Assembly (NCBI RefSeq): GCF_018977255.1
Contig: NW_024704743.1
Coordinates: forward strand, 100,938,001-101,002,000
DNA: 64,000 nt
Direction: 5' to 3'
Origin: Callorhinchus milii
Taxonomy: Eukaryota
Shown here: in pieces, positions 12,971-26,587 of the stretch
How positions within the stretch are numbered: position 1 is the first letter of the stretch
How the letters are laid out: each line of letters starts with the position of its first letter
Translations under genes and position numbers: made by a program
Notes under the pieces: model-generated
The model's database searches: none
What the model saw: only the letters and a program-made list of their open reading frames with translations
Told to the model about the DNA's origin: nothing

Positions 12971-13884
12971 GTGAGCTCTTAAATTAAGTCTGTTCCAAAT
13001 GGGCTCTTGAAGAACTTGCTGAACTTTCATTTTGTGAAGCAAATGTTGGAGAATAATTTGAAGTTGAAGTCAGGTTCTGCCACTGTTAAGCACTCTGAGA
13101 TACTACCCTGTGTGGAGGGGGCTATATGAATACACGTTGTATTTGAGATCTATACCTTCAAGGACCTCCACAGTCTTGCTCGCCCCAACCTCTCCAACCT
13201 CATAACCCCATATCAGCCTTACGCACCTTCTGCTCAGCAGACACCGGTCTGCTTCAGGTCCCACACACTTCCGACGTTTGCACATTCAGCATCTCTGTCT
13301 TCATATTTAGGCTTAACAATGGGCAGTCAGAAAGTACAATTTTGCTTTCCCAACAGTGCTGTTCCTGGAACCCTAATACATCATGAGCTATTGTCTGTAT
13401 GCTTGTTATTTGCATTTCCAATTTTCTTTGCATATTCAGCATTATCTAAATTTGTATTCATAGGACATGATAGTGTAAGGCTTTCATTCCAGTTGACATT
13501 TGGTCTCGAAAGTTCACGATTCAGTGACTGTTTATTTGTGAATCTGAAGCTGGAGCCTGCCATTTATGAAATTGTATTTGGTGTCTTCTTTGGCTGCTTC
13601 TGACATGGACAAAGAATTGTATGGATGAGCCACCACCAAGAAGCTTCAAACCTGCATTGGATCTGGGATTTGACATGTGATTTGTCAGTAATAGATTCCT
13701 TTCTACCCCCACTCCAAATCAGCCAGCCAGTTGTATGTTAACAAAAGTACCTTTTAGATTAGGTTCTCGTTTTAATCTCTTCCCCCCTCCTTCCCCAACT
13801 CATTGTATGCGGGAAGGTTGTGGTGGATACTCAATCCAACATGGAATGTGCCAAGACAGTATTAATTCTTTGTCTGCTGTAAAC

Positions 13885-14162
13885 TGCCCTGCTTTTAGAA
13901 CAGAGTTGAGGAAACATTTCTTCACTTAGAAGGTAGTGAATTTATGGAATTCACTACCCCAGAAGGCTGTAGATGCTCAATCTTTGAACATTGTCAAGGC
14001 TGAGACTGATAGATTTTTTTAAAAAAATAGAGGGATTAGGGGATATGGGGATAGGGCAGGTAATTAGAGTTAGGTCAGAGGATCAGCCATGATCTTATCA
14101 AATGGCGGGGCAGGCTCGAGGGGCCGAATGACCTACTCCTGCTCCTAATTCTTATGTTCTTA
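13885..14162 (+). mobile_element. CR1 3' end
   Basis: FRTELRKHFFT, and a 3' UTR similar to 19490-19750 ending ATTCTTATGTTCTTA. Confidence 0.9.
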
Positions 14163-15010
14163 CTTGACTGTCTCCTGATCTGGATATTGTTCTTAGTTCA
14201 GTGTATGCTATTAACAAATAAATTGGCCTTTCAGCTTTCCCCAGAAAACTGAAATTGTTTGAATTAAACTGAATTTGGATCTTCCTTAGAGCTGCATTGA
14301 AGTGTCATCTTAGACTATGAATTCTGAGTACTTATGTGGGGCTTGAATCCACAATCTTCTGACTGGGAGATCAGAGTGTTACCAATAGAGCCAGGGTGAA
14401 GTGTATTTTAGGAGAAAATATTATGAAGAGGGAGAAAGAAAGAGTGGGAAAATCCAGAAACCAATAAATTAATGTAAAATAAAATGGCCTTTTTGGACAA
14501 ATTTTAAATGATCTGACCTTAATATTAAAAAAAACTGGTGATCTATGTTCTGATTACTGAGACAGATGAATTTGTCTAACCCTACTCGAGCTATAATTGT
14601 GCAATATTCCAAAAGCACTGAAGTTTACCCACATCAATGCTGGCACTAGGTATTGGTACATATTGTGACGCAAGACAGGAAATTGGGTACCCTCTCCAGA
14701 TAACCTCAACTTGGATACATTTTTTGCTGAATAATTTATACAAATGGTGCTGTAATCTGTAATCAACTTTAACCTGGAGAGATAATAATCCTTCCATTTG
14801 ATATAGTGTCTTATCATCTTCGAGACGTCTCAAAGTGCTTCACAGAATATACTGTGAAGTGAATTGACTGTATATTTTGTGGATGAAATCCCAGAACATT
14901 TATTTTAAACACCAGAGATGATTCAAGGATAGCAAAGTAGTATGGCAATACACTTAAATGTTGCCTGGAAATGAGTTTTATCATCCATGTCTTCTATCAA
15001 TTAATGACAG

Positions 15011-15169
15011 AACAGACCCAAAGAGGTATTACAGAAAACCACTTTCTACATAGAAACTTAGATGAAAATCTGACTTGAGCTGAAAATGGAAGAAAAGTCT
15101 ATCCATACCAAGGACCAAAAGAGGAAGTCACCAAACTATTTTGTGGGAATTCCTGTGACAAATGACCAG
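15011..15169 (+). pseudogene. AKAP7-like: AKAP7-like exon (..MEEKSIHTKDQKRKSPNYFVGIPVTNDQ)
   Basis: Acceptor AG at 15009-10 and donor GTAACA at 15170. Resembles AKAP7 KKRKDYQPNYFLSIPITN. There is a probable +1 frameshift near 15076, or the reading frame starts at ATG 15086. Confidence 0.8.
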
Positions 15170-15865
15170 GTAACAGCGCACTATAGTATTTGTCCACCTA
15201 ATTTTGAAAGCTAATTCTGGTGTGTGTTTGTACCATCTGAGTTCAGTATGCAATAACTACAACTGTCTACTTTGCTGTTTTATTCCATTTTATTTTCAAG
15301 AAATGCTTCACAAGTACTTTGTTAGAGTAAGCAGGAGAGCACACTGCCATAAGCCTTTGCCTCTTTGTAATCCTGAGTTCTATTGATTTTTAAAGGTTTA
15401 GGGTAAAGTGCTAGATTGAAAGTAATGGCGAGGGTGTTGCAGAGTTCACTGAGTGAAATATCTTGCCTAGCAATTTGTAATTGCAAAGCATGAAGTTCCA
15501 GATTGAATACTTGGCAGAGTGTTCATTTATAATTTCGTATGCAGTTATTGCATAGTGAACTCAGATGGTAAAAATATACACCAGATTTAACTTTTAACAT
15601 TATGCATAACATAATGCATAATTAATAAGTGATTATAGCTCTGCGTGATGTGCAATCCTTGATTTGCTCATGCTGTAACTAAATATGTGAAATGTTTGCA
15701 AGGATGTGTTCACAATTTAATCTCTGAATAGTGTGCATGTTCAAACGCATGTTTAATAGTGAATTTTCAAAGCATCTCTAATTTCAGCACAGTAATTAAA
15801 GCCAATGTCTTGTAGAATCTGTCAAATTCATCAACGTTTAACACCATTCTTGTTTCCCATTGTAG

Positions 15866-16002
15866 ATCTTGGACAAAATTGAGGATATTCAGGAGTTCAT
15901 GGTAACTAAAGAACCCAAGTTGCTTCCTGCTGTGATTCCTGTAGGGAAAATGCATCTCACTATTGTTGCTGCCCACCTGAGAACTCCAGCTGAAGTAGAG
16001 AA
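15866..16002 (+). pseudogene. AKAP7-like: AKAP7-like exon with first 2H motif (ILDKIEDIQEFMVTKEPKLLPAVIPVGKMHLTIVAAHLRTPAEVE)
   Basis: tgtag acceptor and gtaagg donor, 137 nt, phase 0 to 2, open frame. HLT motif at 15953-15961. Confidence 0.85.
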
Positions 16003-16544
16003 GTAAGGATGGGCTTGTCTGGTAGTTTTAAGTAGATTTTTTAAAAAAAAATCTTTCTGACTAAGAGTATGGGAATTTCAACCTACCTGGTGATTTTATA
16101 TACATTTTGATTTACTTAATAGTGACAAAAGTAAATGATGATTTGAGAATCCGCACAGATTAAATGTCTTTAGTGGAGTTCCTGCAGATTGACTGGAATT
16201 CTAAGGGGATTTCTTAGACATTCTGTATTTCAAACTTTCATATTCCAGAAAATGTTTTACGATCATTCTCTGAATATTACTTTAATTTGTTAGTTTAGAT
16301 TAACTATTTTGTTTGTTGAACCTTCAAATTTGGCTATTTTTGAGATTGGAACCCATGAAATTCAGGACCCCAATGTCCGTGTTTATATAAAAAAAGTTTA
16401 CTTACGGTTTCAATTTGTTTTTTAAACTCGCTAACATTGGCCAGTGTAAACTTGCACTACTGTACAGCAGCTAATATTGAGACTATAGAAGGATTGAGTC
16501 ACATAGCTTGGGTTTGGTAAGTTGCATGAAATAGCTGAGAGGAG

Positions 16545-19500
16545 AGAGCAGGTTTCATTTTACCACTAGTACCAGTATTGGGGGAAAAGGGGTCTATTCC
16601 AAAAAGATGGGCTCCACTTAAATCTGGCTCGGACAAATGACCTAGCAAACCGAACACATAGGGAGGTAAATAAAGCTTTAAACCAGTAAAAAGGGGGCGG
16701 CGGGAATACAATTAGAAATAATCGCAAGCCAGCAATATTAAGAAAACTAAAGGTGGCAGAACAGAATAGCGAGAGAGATAAACAGAATAGGTCAAAGAGG
16801 GATAAGAAGCTCAGTAAAGAAGATAGGGCAGCAGAGAGTAGGGGAAATGGTAAGAAATCAAAATCGCTATTTCTGAATGCATGAAGCATTCAGAATAAGA
16901 TAGATGAATTAAAAGTACAGATAGATACATACAGGTATGATCTAGTAGCCATTACTGAGGCATGGTTACAGGGAGATCTAGGGTGGGAGTTAAATATTCC
17001 GGGGTTTTCAGCTTATAGGAAAGATAGACAATGTGGAAAATGAGGTGGGGCGGGGGGGGATAGCCTTGTTAATAAAGGATGGAATAAAAACAGTAGAGAG
17101 GAAGGATTTCAAATCAGATAACCAGGATGTAGAGATGGTATTGGTAAAATTACAAAATAAGAAGGGGCAGAAAACATTAGTGGGAGTAGTTTGTAGACCC
17201 CCAAACAGTGATCACAGCATAGCGCCGGATATTAATCAAGAAATTAGAGGAGCATGTAGCAAAGTTAATACAGTAATAGTGGATGATTTCAATCTTCACA
17301 TAGATTGGGAAAACCAAATCAGCAAAAGTAGGATAGAGGAGTTTATACAATGTATGAGAGATAGCTTTCTGAAGCAGTATGCTGAGGAACCAACTTAGGG
17401 GACAGGCCATCCTAGACCTTGTTTTGTGTAACGAAACAGGGCTAGTCGGTAATATAGATATTAAGGCTCCTCTAGGGCAGAGTGATCATAACATGATAGA
17501 ATTTAGCATTAAGTTAGAGAGCGATGTAGTCAAATCTGAAGCAAGGATCTTAAATTTAAATAAAGCTAACTCTGCAGGTATGAGGGAAGAATTAGCTAAA
17601 ATGGACTGGGGAATTAGATTAATGGATATGACAATAGAGCAACAATGGCAAACGTTTAAAGATGTTGTGCATAATTCTCAGCAGTCACATATTCCCTTGA
17701 GGAATAAGAGTACCACAGGGAAAGCAGTTCATTCGTGGCTAACTAGAGTAGTTAGAGAAAGTATAAAACTAAAAGAAAAGGCCTATAAAACTGCCAAAAA
17801 GAGTAGCAAACCTGAGTACTGGGAGTGTTTTAGGGACCAACAAAGAAAAACCAAAAAGCTCATTAAGAGTGAGAAAATGGATTATGAGGGCAAGCTAGCT
17901 AGGAACATCAAGAGTTTTTATAAATACATTAAGAGGAATAGGCTAGCAAAAGTAAATGTGGGTTCATTACAGGCAGAGACAGAAGGAATTATAATGGGGG
18001 ATAAGGATATGGCAGAGTCCCTAAATAAATACTTTGCTTCTGTCTTCATGTTAGAAGACACAAGAAGTTTACCAGAAATAGAAATGAACCAAGGTGCTAA
18101 TGATAGGGAGCAACTTAGGGAAATTTACATTAGCAAAGAATTGGCGCTAGGGAAATTGTTGGCATTAATAAGTGATAAGTCCCCTGGACCTGATGGTTTG
18201 CATCCTCGGGTTTTATAAACGAGGTAGCTCATGAGATAGTGGAGGCCTTGTGTCTGATCTTCCAAAGTTCTTTGGATTCTGGAACGATTCCCATTGATTG
18301 GATGATCGCACACATCGCACCACTATTTAAGAAGGGTGAGAGAAAAAAGATGAGGAACTATAGACCAGTTAGTCTGACATCGGTGGGAGGGAAAATTCTA
18401 GAATCCTTAAGGATGTCATAGTGGGATACTTAGAGGATCACAATATGATTAGACAGAGTCAACGTGGCTTTACAAAAGGGAAGTCATGCTTAACAAATCT
18501 TTTAGATTTTTTTGAGGACATATGAAGTAGATTAGATAGGGGGTAATCAGTGGATGTAGTGTATTTCGATTTCAAAAAGGTATTCGATAAGATGCCACAT
18601 AAAAGGTTGATTCACAAGATTAGGGCCCATGGAATCAAGGGGAATATATTAGCATGGACTGAAGAATGGCTAACGGGAAGAAAATAAAGAGTAGGGATAA
18701 ACGGGTCCTTCTCAGATTGGCGGGATGTGACTAGTGGAGTGCCTAATCTAATCAGTGCTTGGGCCTCAACTATTTACAATCTACATTAACGATCTAGATG
18801 AGGACATCAAACTTAATATATCCAAATTCGCGGATGACACTAAACTAGGAGGGAGAATAAACACCGAGAATGACATTAAATAAATGCAACGAGATATAGA
18901 TTGACTAGGTGAGTGGGCAAATAGGTGGCAGATGAAATATAAAGTAGGGAAGTGTGAGGTCATCCACCTAGGTGTCAAAAACAGTAGAGCAGATTATTTT
19001 TTAGAAGGGGAGAGACTAGATAATGTTTGCGTTCAGAGGGACTTGGGTGTCCTTGTATACCAGTCACGAAAAGTTAGTTTGCAGGTACAGCAAGCAATTA
19101 GGAAGGCTAATGGTATATTGGCATCTATTACAAAAGGGTTAGAATATAAGAGTAGGGAATTCTTGCCTCAACTGTAGAGAGCCCTGGTGAGACCGCACCT
19201 AGAGTATTGTGTGCAGTTTTGATCTCCTTATTTAAGAAAGGATGTACTCGCCTTGGAGGGAGTACAACGTAGATTCAGTAGGTTGGTATCAGGGATGAGG
19301 GGGATGAGTTATGAGGATAGGTTGAGCAATTTAAGCCTATATTCTCTAGAATATAGAAGAATGGGAGGTGATCTTATAGAAACCTATAAGATTATTAAGG
19401 GGCACAACAGAATAGATAGTGGGAGACTTTTTCCCCTGGTTGGAGAAACTATAACCAGGTGTCACAGTCTTAAAATTAGGGGTAAGCCCTTTCGCACTGA

Positions 19501-19750
19501 GTTGAGCAAAAACTTCTTCACTCAGAGGGTAGTGAATTTGTGGAATTCTCTACCCCAAAGGTCTGTAGATGCTCAGTCCTTGAACATATTCAAGACTGAG
19601 ATTGATAGATTTCTTGTGGATAAAGAGATTAAGGGATATGGGGATAAGGCAGATAGGTGGAGTTAGAATAGATCAACCATGACATTATTGAATGGCAGGG
19701 CAGGTTCGAGGGGCCAAATGGTCTACTCCTGTTCCTAATTCTTATGTTGT
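16545..19750 (+). mobile_element. CR1 LINE, 5'-truncated within ORF1, ORF2 (APE endonuclease + RT) decayed
   Basis: ORF1 esterase tail YWGKRGLFQKDGLHLN at about 16564-16689. ORF2 fragments include GGGIALLIK, VGVVCRPP, DDFN, LDLVLCNE, SDHNMIEF, KSPGPDGLHPRVL, NYRPVSLTS, FADDTKL, RDLGVLV and FFTQRVVNLWNSLP. The 3' end is ATTCTTATGTT. Confidence 0.95.
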
Positions 19751-20062
19751 GATCACCCATTTCAACCTGTCTGCTCCCTCTGCTTGGCAATGTCCCCTGC
19801 CTAGCCTGCACCACCATCGATGGTTAGGCCTTCAGCCTTTATGCTCCCACCCTTTGGAACTCCATCCCATATTCCCTTCACCTCACTCCTTCTCTTGCCT
19901 CCTTCAAGATGCATCTCAAAACCCTCCTCTTCGATCGCGCCTTCAGCCACCCTCCATGCGCTCCACCCTCCCTGATCCCTAGCTCAGGTCCAAATCCCTA
20001 ATTGTCCAGCATCTTGGGACCTCCTCCCTACATGAAAGACGCTATACAAATGTAATTTTGTA
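19751..20062 (+). mobile_element. L2 3' end abutting the CR1
   Basis: TTTGGAACTCCATCCC..CTCTTCGATCGCGCCTTCAGCCACC..GAAAGACGCTATACAAATG, the same family as 7452-7947. Confidence 0.85.
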
Positions 20063-20276
20063 TGACATTTGTTGATAGAGTCCTCTAAAATGAATGTAAA
20101 CTATGAATAAATATTTTTTTTCAAACTGTATGTTGAGTGTGCATACTTGGGCAACTTCGAAATGTGAGAAACAAGAACAAATGTGTAAGTAAGCTATTTT
20201 GCTGCATTTTAGTGATGGCTTCCAGTTGCTGTGGTCTTAGTTCTTTGATCTATTTACAATTTGTTCTTTTTCCCAG

Positions 20277-20447
20277 AGCTGCTTCAGTCCTGCAACAGTG
20301 TAAAATCAAAGTGGATGCTATCCTGGAGGACCACCCCCTAAATCTGTTGTTTCAAGAAATTGAACAATTTAACAGTTGGGTGGTGTTTGCAAAAAAACTC
20401 TGAATATGGAGCTGTTAATGTGGAGTCCACTTTGAGAGTTGTGGCTG
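20277..20447 (+). pseudogene. AKAP7-like: AKAP7-like exon with +1 frameshift
   Basis: ttttcccag acceptor and gtcagt donor. Reads AASVLQQCKIKVDAILEDHPLNLLFQEIEQFNSWVVFAK. The A7 run at 20391-20397 has one A too many, giving TGA at 20401. Removing it gives NSEYGAVNVESTLRVVA and restores the phase 2 to 1 junction. Confidence 0.85.
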
Positions 20448-20552
20448 GTCAGTACAAGTTATTTAAGTTGCTTTACAGTGAACCTGGATTCGGTATCAAC
20501 ATAACTTCTCAATCATGAACTGGTTTTACTCTATGTAAATCTCTAGATATCA

Positions 20553-21614
20553 TCAACAACAACAAGATTACATTTGTAAAGCGCCTTTCATGTCGGGAGG
20601 ACATCCCAAGGTGCTGGACATTGTACATCATTTCAGACCCGAGCTGGGGTCAGTGGGGGGAGAAAGGAGGGGAAGGGGGGTGACCAATGGCATGGTCGAA
20701 GAGAACGGTTTTGAGGCGGGACTTGAAGGAGGCTAAGGAGAGGATGAGTTGGAGTGAATTGGGGGATGGAATTCCAGAGGTTGGGGGCAGAGTGGCTGAA
20801 GGCTCTCCCGCCAATGGTGGGGTGGGTGGGTCGGGGGACATGGAGCAGGCCAGAGCCGGCTGAGTGGAGGGAGTGGGCGAGTTGGTAGGGGTTTAGGAGG
20901 TTGCAGAGGTAGGGTGGGGCGAGGTCATGGGTGGCTTTGTAGATGAGGACCAGGATCTTGAACTGGGTCCTCTGAAGGATAGGGAGCCAATGGAGTCGGG
21001 CGAGAATGGGGGAGATGGGATCACGGAGGTTGGTGCAGGGCTGCAGCATTCTGGATTATCTGCAGCCTGTGGAGGGAGGAGTTGGGAAGGCCGACAAGCA
21101 GGCCGTTTGCATAGTCGAGCCTGGAGGTGATGAAGGCATGAACAAGAGTTTCAGCGGCCTGAGGGGTGAGGTAGTGGCGGAGTCGGGTGATGTTACGGAG
21201 ATGAGGGAAGGCAGAGTGGGTCATAGCTTGGAGGTGGGGAAGAAAAGACAGTTGAGGGTCGAACAAGACACCTAGGTTCCTGACTGGCTGGTGAGTTGAA
21301 ATGTGCAACCATGGAGGTTGATGCTGCCAGAGTCTGAGGTGCTGAGGCGCTGGCGCGAGCCAATCAGAAGGGCCTCAGTCTTGTTCACATTCAACTGTAG
21401 GAAATTTGCCCTCAACCAGGACTTGATGTGATGTCCGACAGGCAGTCTGTCAGGACAGCAGTGGTCCTGGAGTTGAGGATGGAGGCAAAAAGATAGAGTT
21501 GGGTGTCATCCGCATCCATGTGGAAGTTGACCCCATGTCTGTGGATGATGTCACCGAGGGGGAGCATGTAGATATTAAAGAAGAGAGGGCCAAGAACAGA
21601 GCCCTGGGGATGCC
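20553..21614 (-). mobile_element. L2 LINE RT C-terminal half and 3' end
   Basis: GIPRALFLA (GxPQG region), ADDTQL, VRNLGVLFDPQLSF, FITSRLDYAN, LHWLP, GGRAFS and a (GTT)n tail. Confidence 0.93.
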
Positions 21615-23302
21615 AGACATGAATCCTATAGGCATTTCTGTCAGCTTTGTATTGGATTTAAATTGCTTATTACTACATTGCTAAACCCATAAGTGTGATC
21701 ATATTGTTCTCTTTGCTTCTTGTTTTAATTCTAGATTGATCATCTTTCTTCACCCTTTCCCTCACTTGCTGCACATTGCATGACAAAAGAAGTGCTGGTG
21801 CTCAGTTACCTGATCTTGGCTGGCAGACATTCACCATCTCTATTACTCAAAGGACCTAATGGGAAGGATGATCCTAGGTGGGCAAGCAGTGGGCAGCCTG
21901 CCAGCCAGTGCTCTCAATGGCAACTGATGTAGTTTTATCTGGATGAACTGCACCCACTTGACTCTTGCCAATCTGCACCTAATACTGTCTGGAATTAGGT
22001 GTGCAGGGTGGATTCCTCTCTGGAGAGACTGCACTTGTCATTCCAGATGCAGGTACATTTCCATACGTGGATCACAGTCTGGTTTGGAGTCTATTAAGGA
22101 TAGTGATAGGTTTCAGCATGTCTCAAACACCTGGCCGTCCCAAAATAAATCCCATTCTATTAATGTTAAAATGACTCATGGCTGATGCTGTTCATTTGGG
22201 GCCCATTTATGAGCCTCATCACTTAGCAGCATAGAGTAGGCAGATAGTTTTATATTTCTTGCTTTTAATCATACTGATCAGTAGCTCTTCAAAACTACTT
22301 ATATTGGTTGGGAGCTGCGCACCTGACCTGAGCAATTTCAACTGAACATTAAAGCTTAATTATTTCAGTTTTGCCATTCTTGTTGCAATTTACCACCTAT
22401 TAAAAATCTTTCTGGCTTCCAATTTGCTGCACTCTGGTTTTTTTTATTACCCATTTTATTTTGAGGGTCTTTACTCACTAAATTTACTTCAAACTGCATC
22501 AATTTTTGCTGACCTTTTAAGTTAATCTGAACACAAAATTCTAACATTAGCTGGGAGCAATGTGTTTGGTTATTCCTGGGTGAGCAGTGATGTGCACTCA
22601 ATTTATTTGCTGATGTGACAGCTTGCATTAATGTAGATATAACCAAATGTCATCAATAAAGATAGTGGAAAGTTAGTGCTCCTATAGAAGTTGTGCGCTT
22701 GATGTTTGTACTCAACATGACTATTCCCCAACACTCAAAATATAAAACCTTCATAGACTACTTCTCTATTTGTTGCCAGTCAGTAGGGTATAACTGCTGT
22801 AATTTTGAAAACCTTTCTTTTTTTCTGATGAGCCATTTCATAGATGAGTGTTTTTTGCATTAAACTGTAAATGTCTGTTTGGAAGCCTGGTTTATAATCC
22901 ACTATAAATCGATCACACTAAATGAATGCAATTGAAATTTCTGTAAGTGATTCACTTATTAAGTTTGTATCCATTCAAATATCTCCATGGCATTGCCCCA
23001 TCCTACTTCGTTGATCACCCTACAACCCTGCTGACTTATTCCCTCAGTTCAGCATATCCCTTGTATCCCTTGAATGATCTGCTTCACTATTGTTGGGTGA
23101 GCTTTCAATTGTTCTGTCCCTGTTCTCTGGAACTCCATCCTTGAGTCTCTTTGCCTCCACCTTTTAATGTCTATCTTTAAGACTGTCTTTTCAATCACGC
23201 TTTTGGATTTTTTTGTAAACTGATTTCCCCACCCAGTGCCAGTGCCTTGTCATCCTGACATGAAAGTGTAGCTGAACCATTTTGCATACCTTCGTTTGAC
23301 AG

Positions 23303-23415
23303 AATCTTTTAAGATCTGTTTTAAGGACTAGGGAGTGGATATTGCTGACAGCAAAGAGTTCATGCCACATCAAAACTGAGTAAAGCTTTTTAACGCATCT
23401 GTGCTTCGATGCAAG
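23303..23415 (+). pseudogene. AKAP7-like: AKAP7-like exon with degraded second 2H motif and two stops
   Basis: gacag acceptor and gtaatg donor, phase 1 to 0. Reads ESFKICFKD*GVDIADSKEFMPHQN*VKLFNASVLRCK versus AKAP7 TFQEKGILVGESRSFKPHLTFMKLSKSPWLRK. Stops at 23329 and 23377. Confidence 0.8.
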
Positions 23416-26400
23416 GTAATGAATATTAATGTTTTCTGCAATAACAGTCCCTAAATCATTGCAGGTGTGAAATTGGGTCTTGATCATTTAGTGTCTTTCT
23501 ATTTCCAAATTTGAATTTTCTCCCATGCAACCCCCCCCCCTCAACCCCCACCTCCCCAAACAGTGCTGTTCATCTTCTACAGGTGAAGTAGATGATCATT
23601 GGAACTTAATGACTTCTTATGTGCGCTGGCTACTGACAAAAAATTAAGTTTCTGCTTGGTGATTCATTTCATTGCTTTTTGTGGGATGTTGTATGCAAAT
23701 GAGCTGCCGCTTTTGCCTGGAAAAGCACAGTGAGTGCACTTTACTGAAAACCTTTGAAGCGTTTAGGGGAAATTCAGCAACTTTGATGAGATGCTATATC
23801 AAATACAAGGATTAATTTTATTAAAATTAGTTCTGTTCATGTGAACACATGTGCCTGCACCAACAATTGGGTACATTATGAACACGCTATGGCTATCATT
23901 GGTGTCTGTAAGATATGTACATTTTTTATTACAATATGTCTCCTTCCTGCTGCAGCAGGTTTTTGTTAAATTTCTTTGCTCTTGCTTCCCCATCTCAATT
24001 TGTACTTTGTTTAACCTCTCAGGTGCCACAGGGTAAAGCACAGAGCTTGTATGTGTTCTTAGAATTCTTTGTCCATATCCATCTTATGACCAGAAATCCT
24101 GCAACATGGTGGAGGTGGAACGTAATGATGGCAATGATTCTGGGTCGTGCTGTTGATGTGGAATGTAATATGGGCTTGTGACAAAGATGGCTGTGTAAAG
24201 AAATCCCATCCATACCAATCCACTGAAGGGAAAGCAATCAGCCCAGGGTGTAAGACATGTCTCAGCAATTAGTTCAGATAAGATGTAGCCTCTTATCCAT
24301 CCCCAGTTGGGGAATGTGTCAGGAAAGTGTGGAGCATAAATGTAACTCACCACATTGAGATGTATTCTGATGGCTGTGCTTCCATTCCCTCAGAGAAAAG
24401 TGCTTGGTGGTTTTCTCTGTTTGAGATGATCCATCAACTTGTAAAACTGACTCATAGGAAGTGGTGGAGTCTGTTTGTCAAAGCCAAGATTTAAAGTTTT
24501 GATCCTCACTGCTTGTAACTTTCTCAAACTAATGTCCTGTTGTACTAAGGCTTGGTACCATAATCTGAGCTCATGTATTTGAAGGAAGCTTATTGACTCT
24601 TACTGGTGTAACAATAGAAGAAATTGACCCACCTGTTCTCTTAGCCACAAATGGTAGAATCCTGTTGTGGTCTCAGGGAATTAGAGTACAAAATGGAGAG
24701 ATTTATTTGTGCATGAGGTTTGTTAAGGAGCAGAGAGTAGATTAAAGTAGGAGACGTGTGGTTACAAGTTAACCAAGTGGTGATATTGACAGGGCACTAG
24801 TGAGAACTGATGTTGGGCTAACTTTAGTAGTTCCAAATCAAACTCTGAAACCCATTGTGATCCTCCTCATGCCAAAACATTGCTTAGGTTTGCAAAGATC
24901 CTCTCAATATGATTTAGCAATGGCTTTCTGACCTGCTTTGTTTTGAACATGGCTATGATGATCCAGGAGGCAAAGTGGATTTTTTGAGAGGGAAGATACT
25001 TTGTAGTGAAATAGAAATGAGTTCTTTGACTTCCACTTTCAATAGTTAATTTGATACTGGAATATCACCATCTGGTGGCTAACCTGTAAATCACAAAGCA
25101 ACCATTTGAAAGAGCATTGCAATTAACAAATGCTCATTTGTGATGCAACCATTTGATTTCAATGTGCTTTTCTCCAATGAAACCTGCTTCTGGAATATTC
25201 CCGGTGCCATATTTTCTTGAGCTGACACAGAATTAGGAATCTTTTGCTACGACTGGTCATAATTTTAAAGTTGTAAAATGAGGCACCTCTACCACACAAT
25301 CCAAAGGTGCCAGGACGCAATGTTAAACTGCAACTGACAGCATGTTTCTCTTTGAAGTATCTTATGTGTTTGAATTTAATATCACTCCTTTCATGTCAGG
25401 AGACCATCTCAAAGCAGTCCACATACTGTGAAATGTAGCAACTGTTTTTTTAAACTTACACAAAGCAATGACCCACAAGCAGCCATGAAATTAATGAACA
25501 ATTTTATTTGGGAGATTATTGGCCATGACACCAGAAGAAATTCCCTTTGTTTATAGTCATGCATTTTTCTCTGTATTGTCAGTGAGTGGGGGAGGTTAGA
25601 ATTTCATTTAGGAAGTGAGAGAGGAACTGAAAATCCAGATCAGGAAATGATTGACTAGAAATGTTAATGTTTCATGTTTCACATGAATTACTTTATTAAG
25701 ATGGAATCTAGTTGTGATGGTACAGGCATTTGCACCAGTGATTCTTTAATGAGCGAGATCATAATGGTAATAACATGTAGAGGTGCTGAAAGGGTCTGTC
25801 CTGTTCCCTGTTTCTTTAGGGATTCCTTTGAATGGCACAAAGTGGTGTCAGGGAATCTCTGAAGTGCTGTTTGTAATTGCAGGCCTTTTCGGTGTACAGT
25901 GGCTCCTGCTGTGACCTAATAACTGGGACCTGTCAGAGTAGCTTGCATACCTAAAAAATTGCTATTAATAAAGTTGCACACCTTGTTTGGAGAGAGACTT
26001 ATCCTTCCTTTGAATATCTGCATGTTTAGATTTGTGCTCATGACAGGTAGATGAAGCTAAATGGCTGTTACTTATGCAAGAATTATTCTGCTCCCTTTTC
26101 TGCAATGGGGTGGAGGGAAGGGGGCAAATTTGATGATGAGTGTCGCTATCCTGCTCCATAAATGAAGAATGGTTAGTTGAAAACTTGCATCTTTTTGCTG
26201 CAAAAAAGTAAGTGTTGCTGTCTGCCAGTTTTTAGTTAGTTGTAACCAGTTTTTTTAAGTAAGTGCTGTTGCAAAATCATAACTTGTCATTGATCTGCAT
26301 AACCAAACTGCAAACGTATTTATATTGTGCACTTCATATAGGGATAACGTCTCTGAGTGCTTACCTACAAATCACATTGGATAAAGTGTTGGAGAAATTG

Positions 26401-26587
26401 AAGAGATGCAGATAATAACTATAAGAATGTCTCACTGGTATCAAACCTAGCCTTTTCTGGTTTCCATAAGAATAACATTTATTTGGTTCTGCTTTGTTTC
26501 ACTGCACTAATATAAAACTACATAATCGCAAATTGCACAAAACTACAAAGATTGTGTGGAGGATTTGTTAATTTGTTGATGCTTTAG

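Noticed and set aside
17033..19666. ORFs of 81-279 aa as host genes
   Set aside because: They are fragments of the broken CR1 ORF2.
20391..20397. Explaining the AKAP7-like disruption as a homopolymer sequencing error
   Set aside because: This could account for this one frameshift, but not for the substitution stops at 23329 and 23377 or the lost HxT motif.
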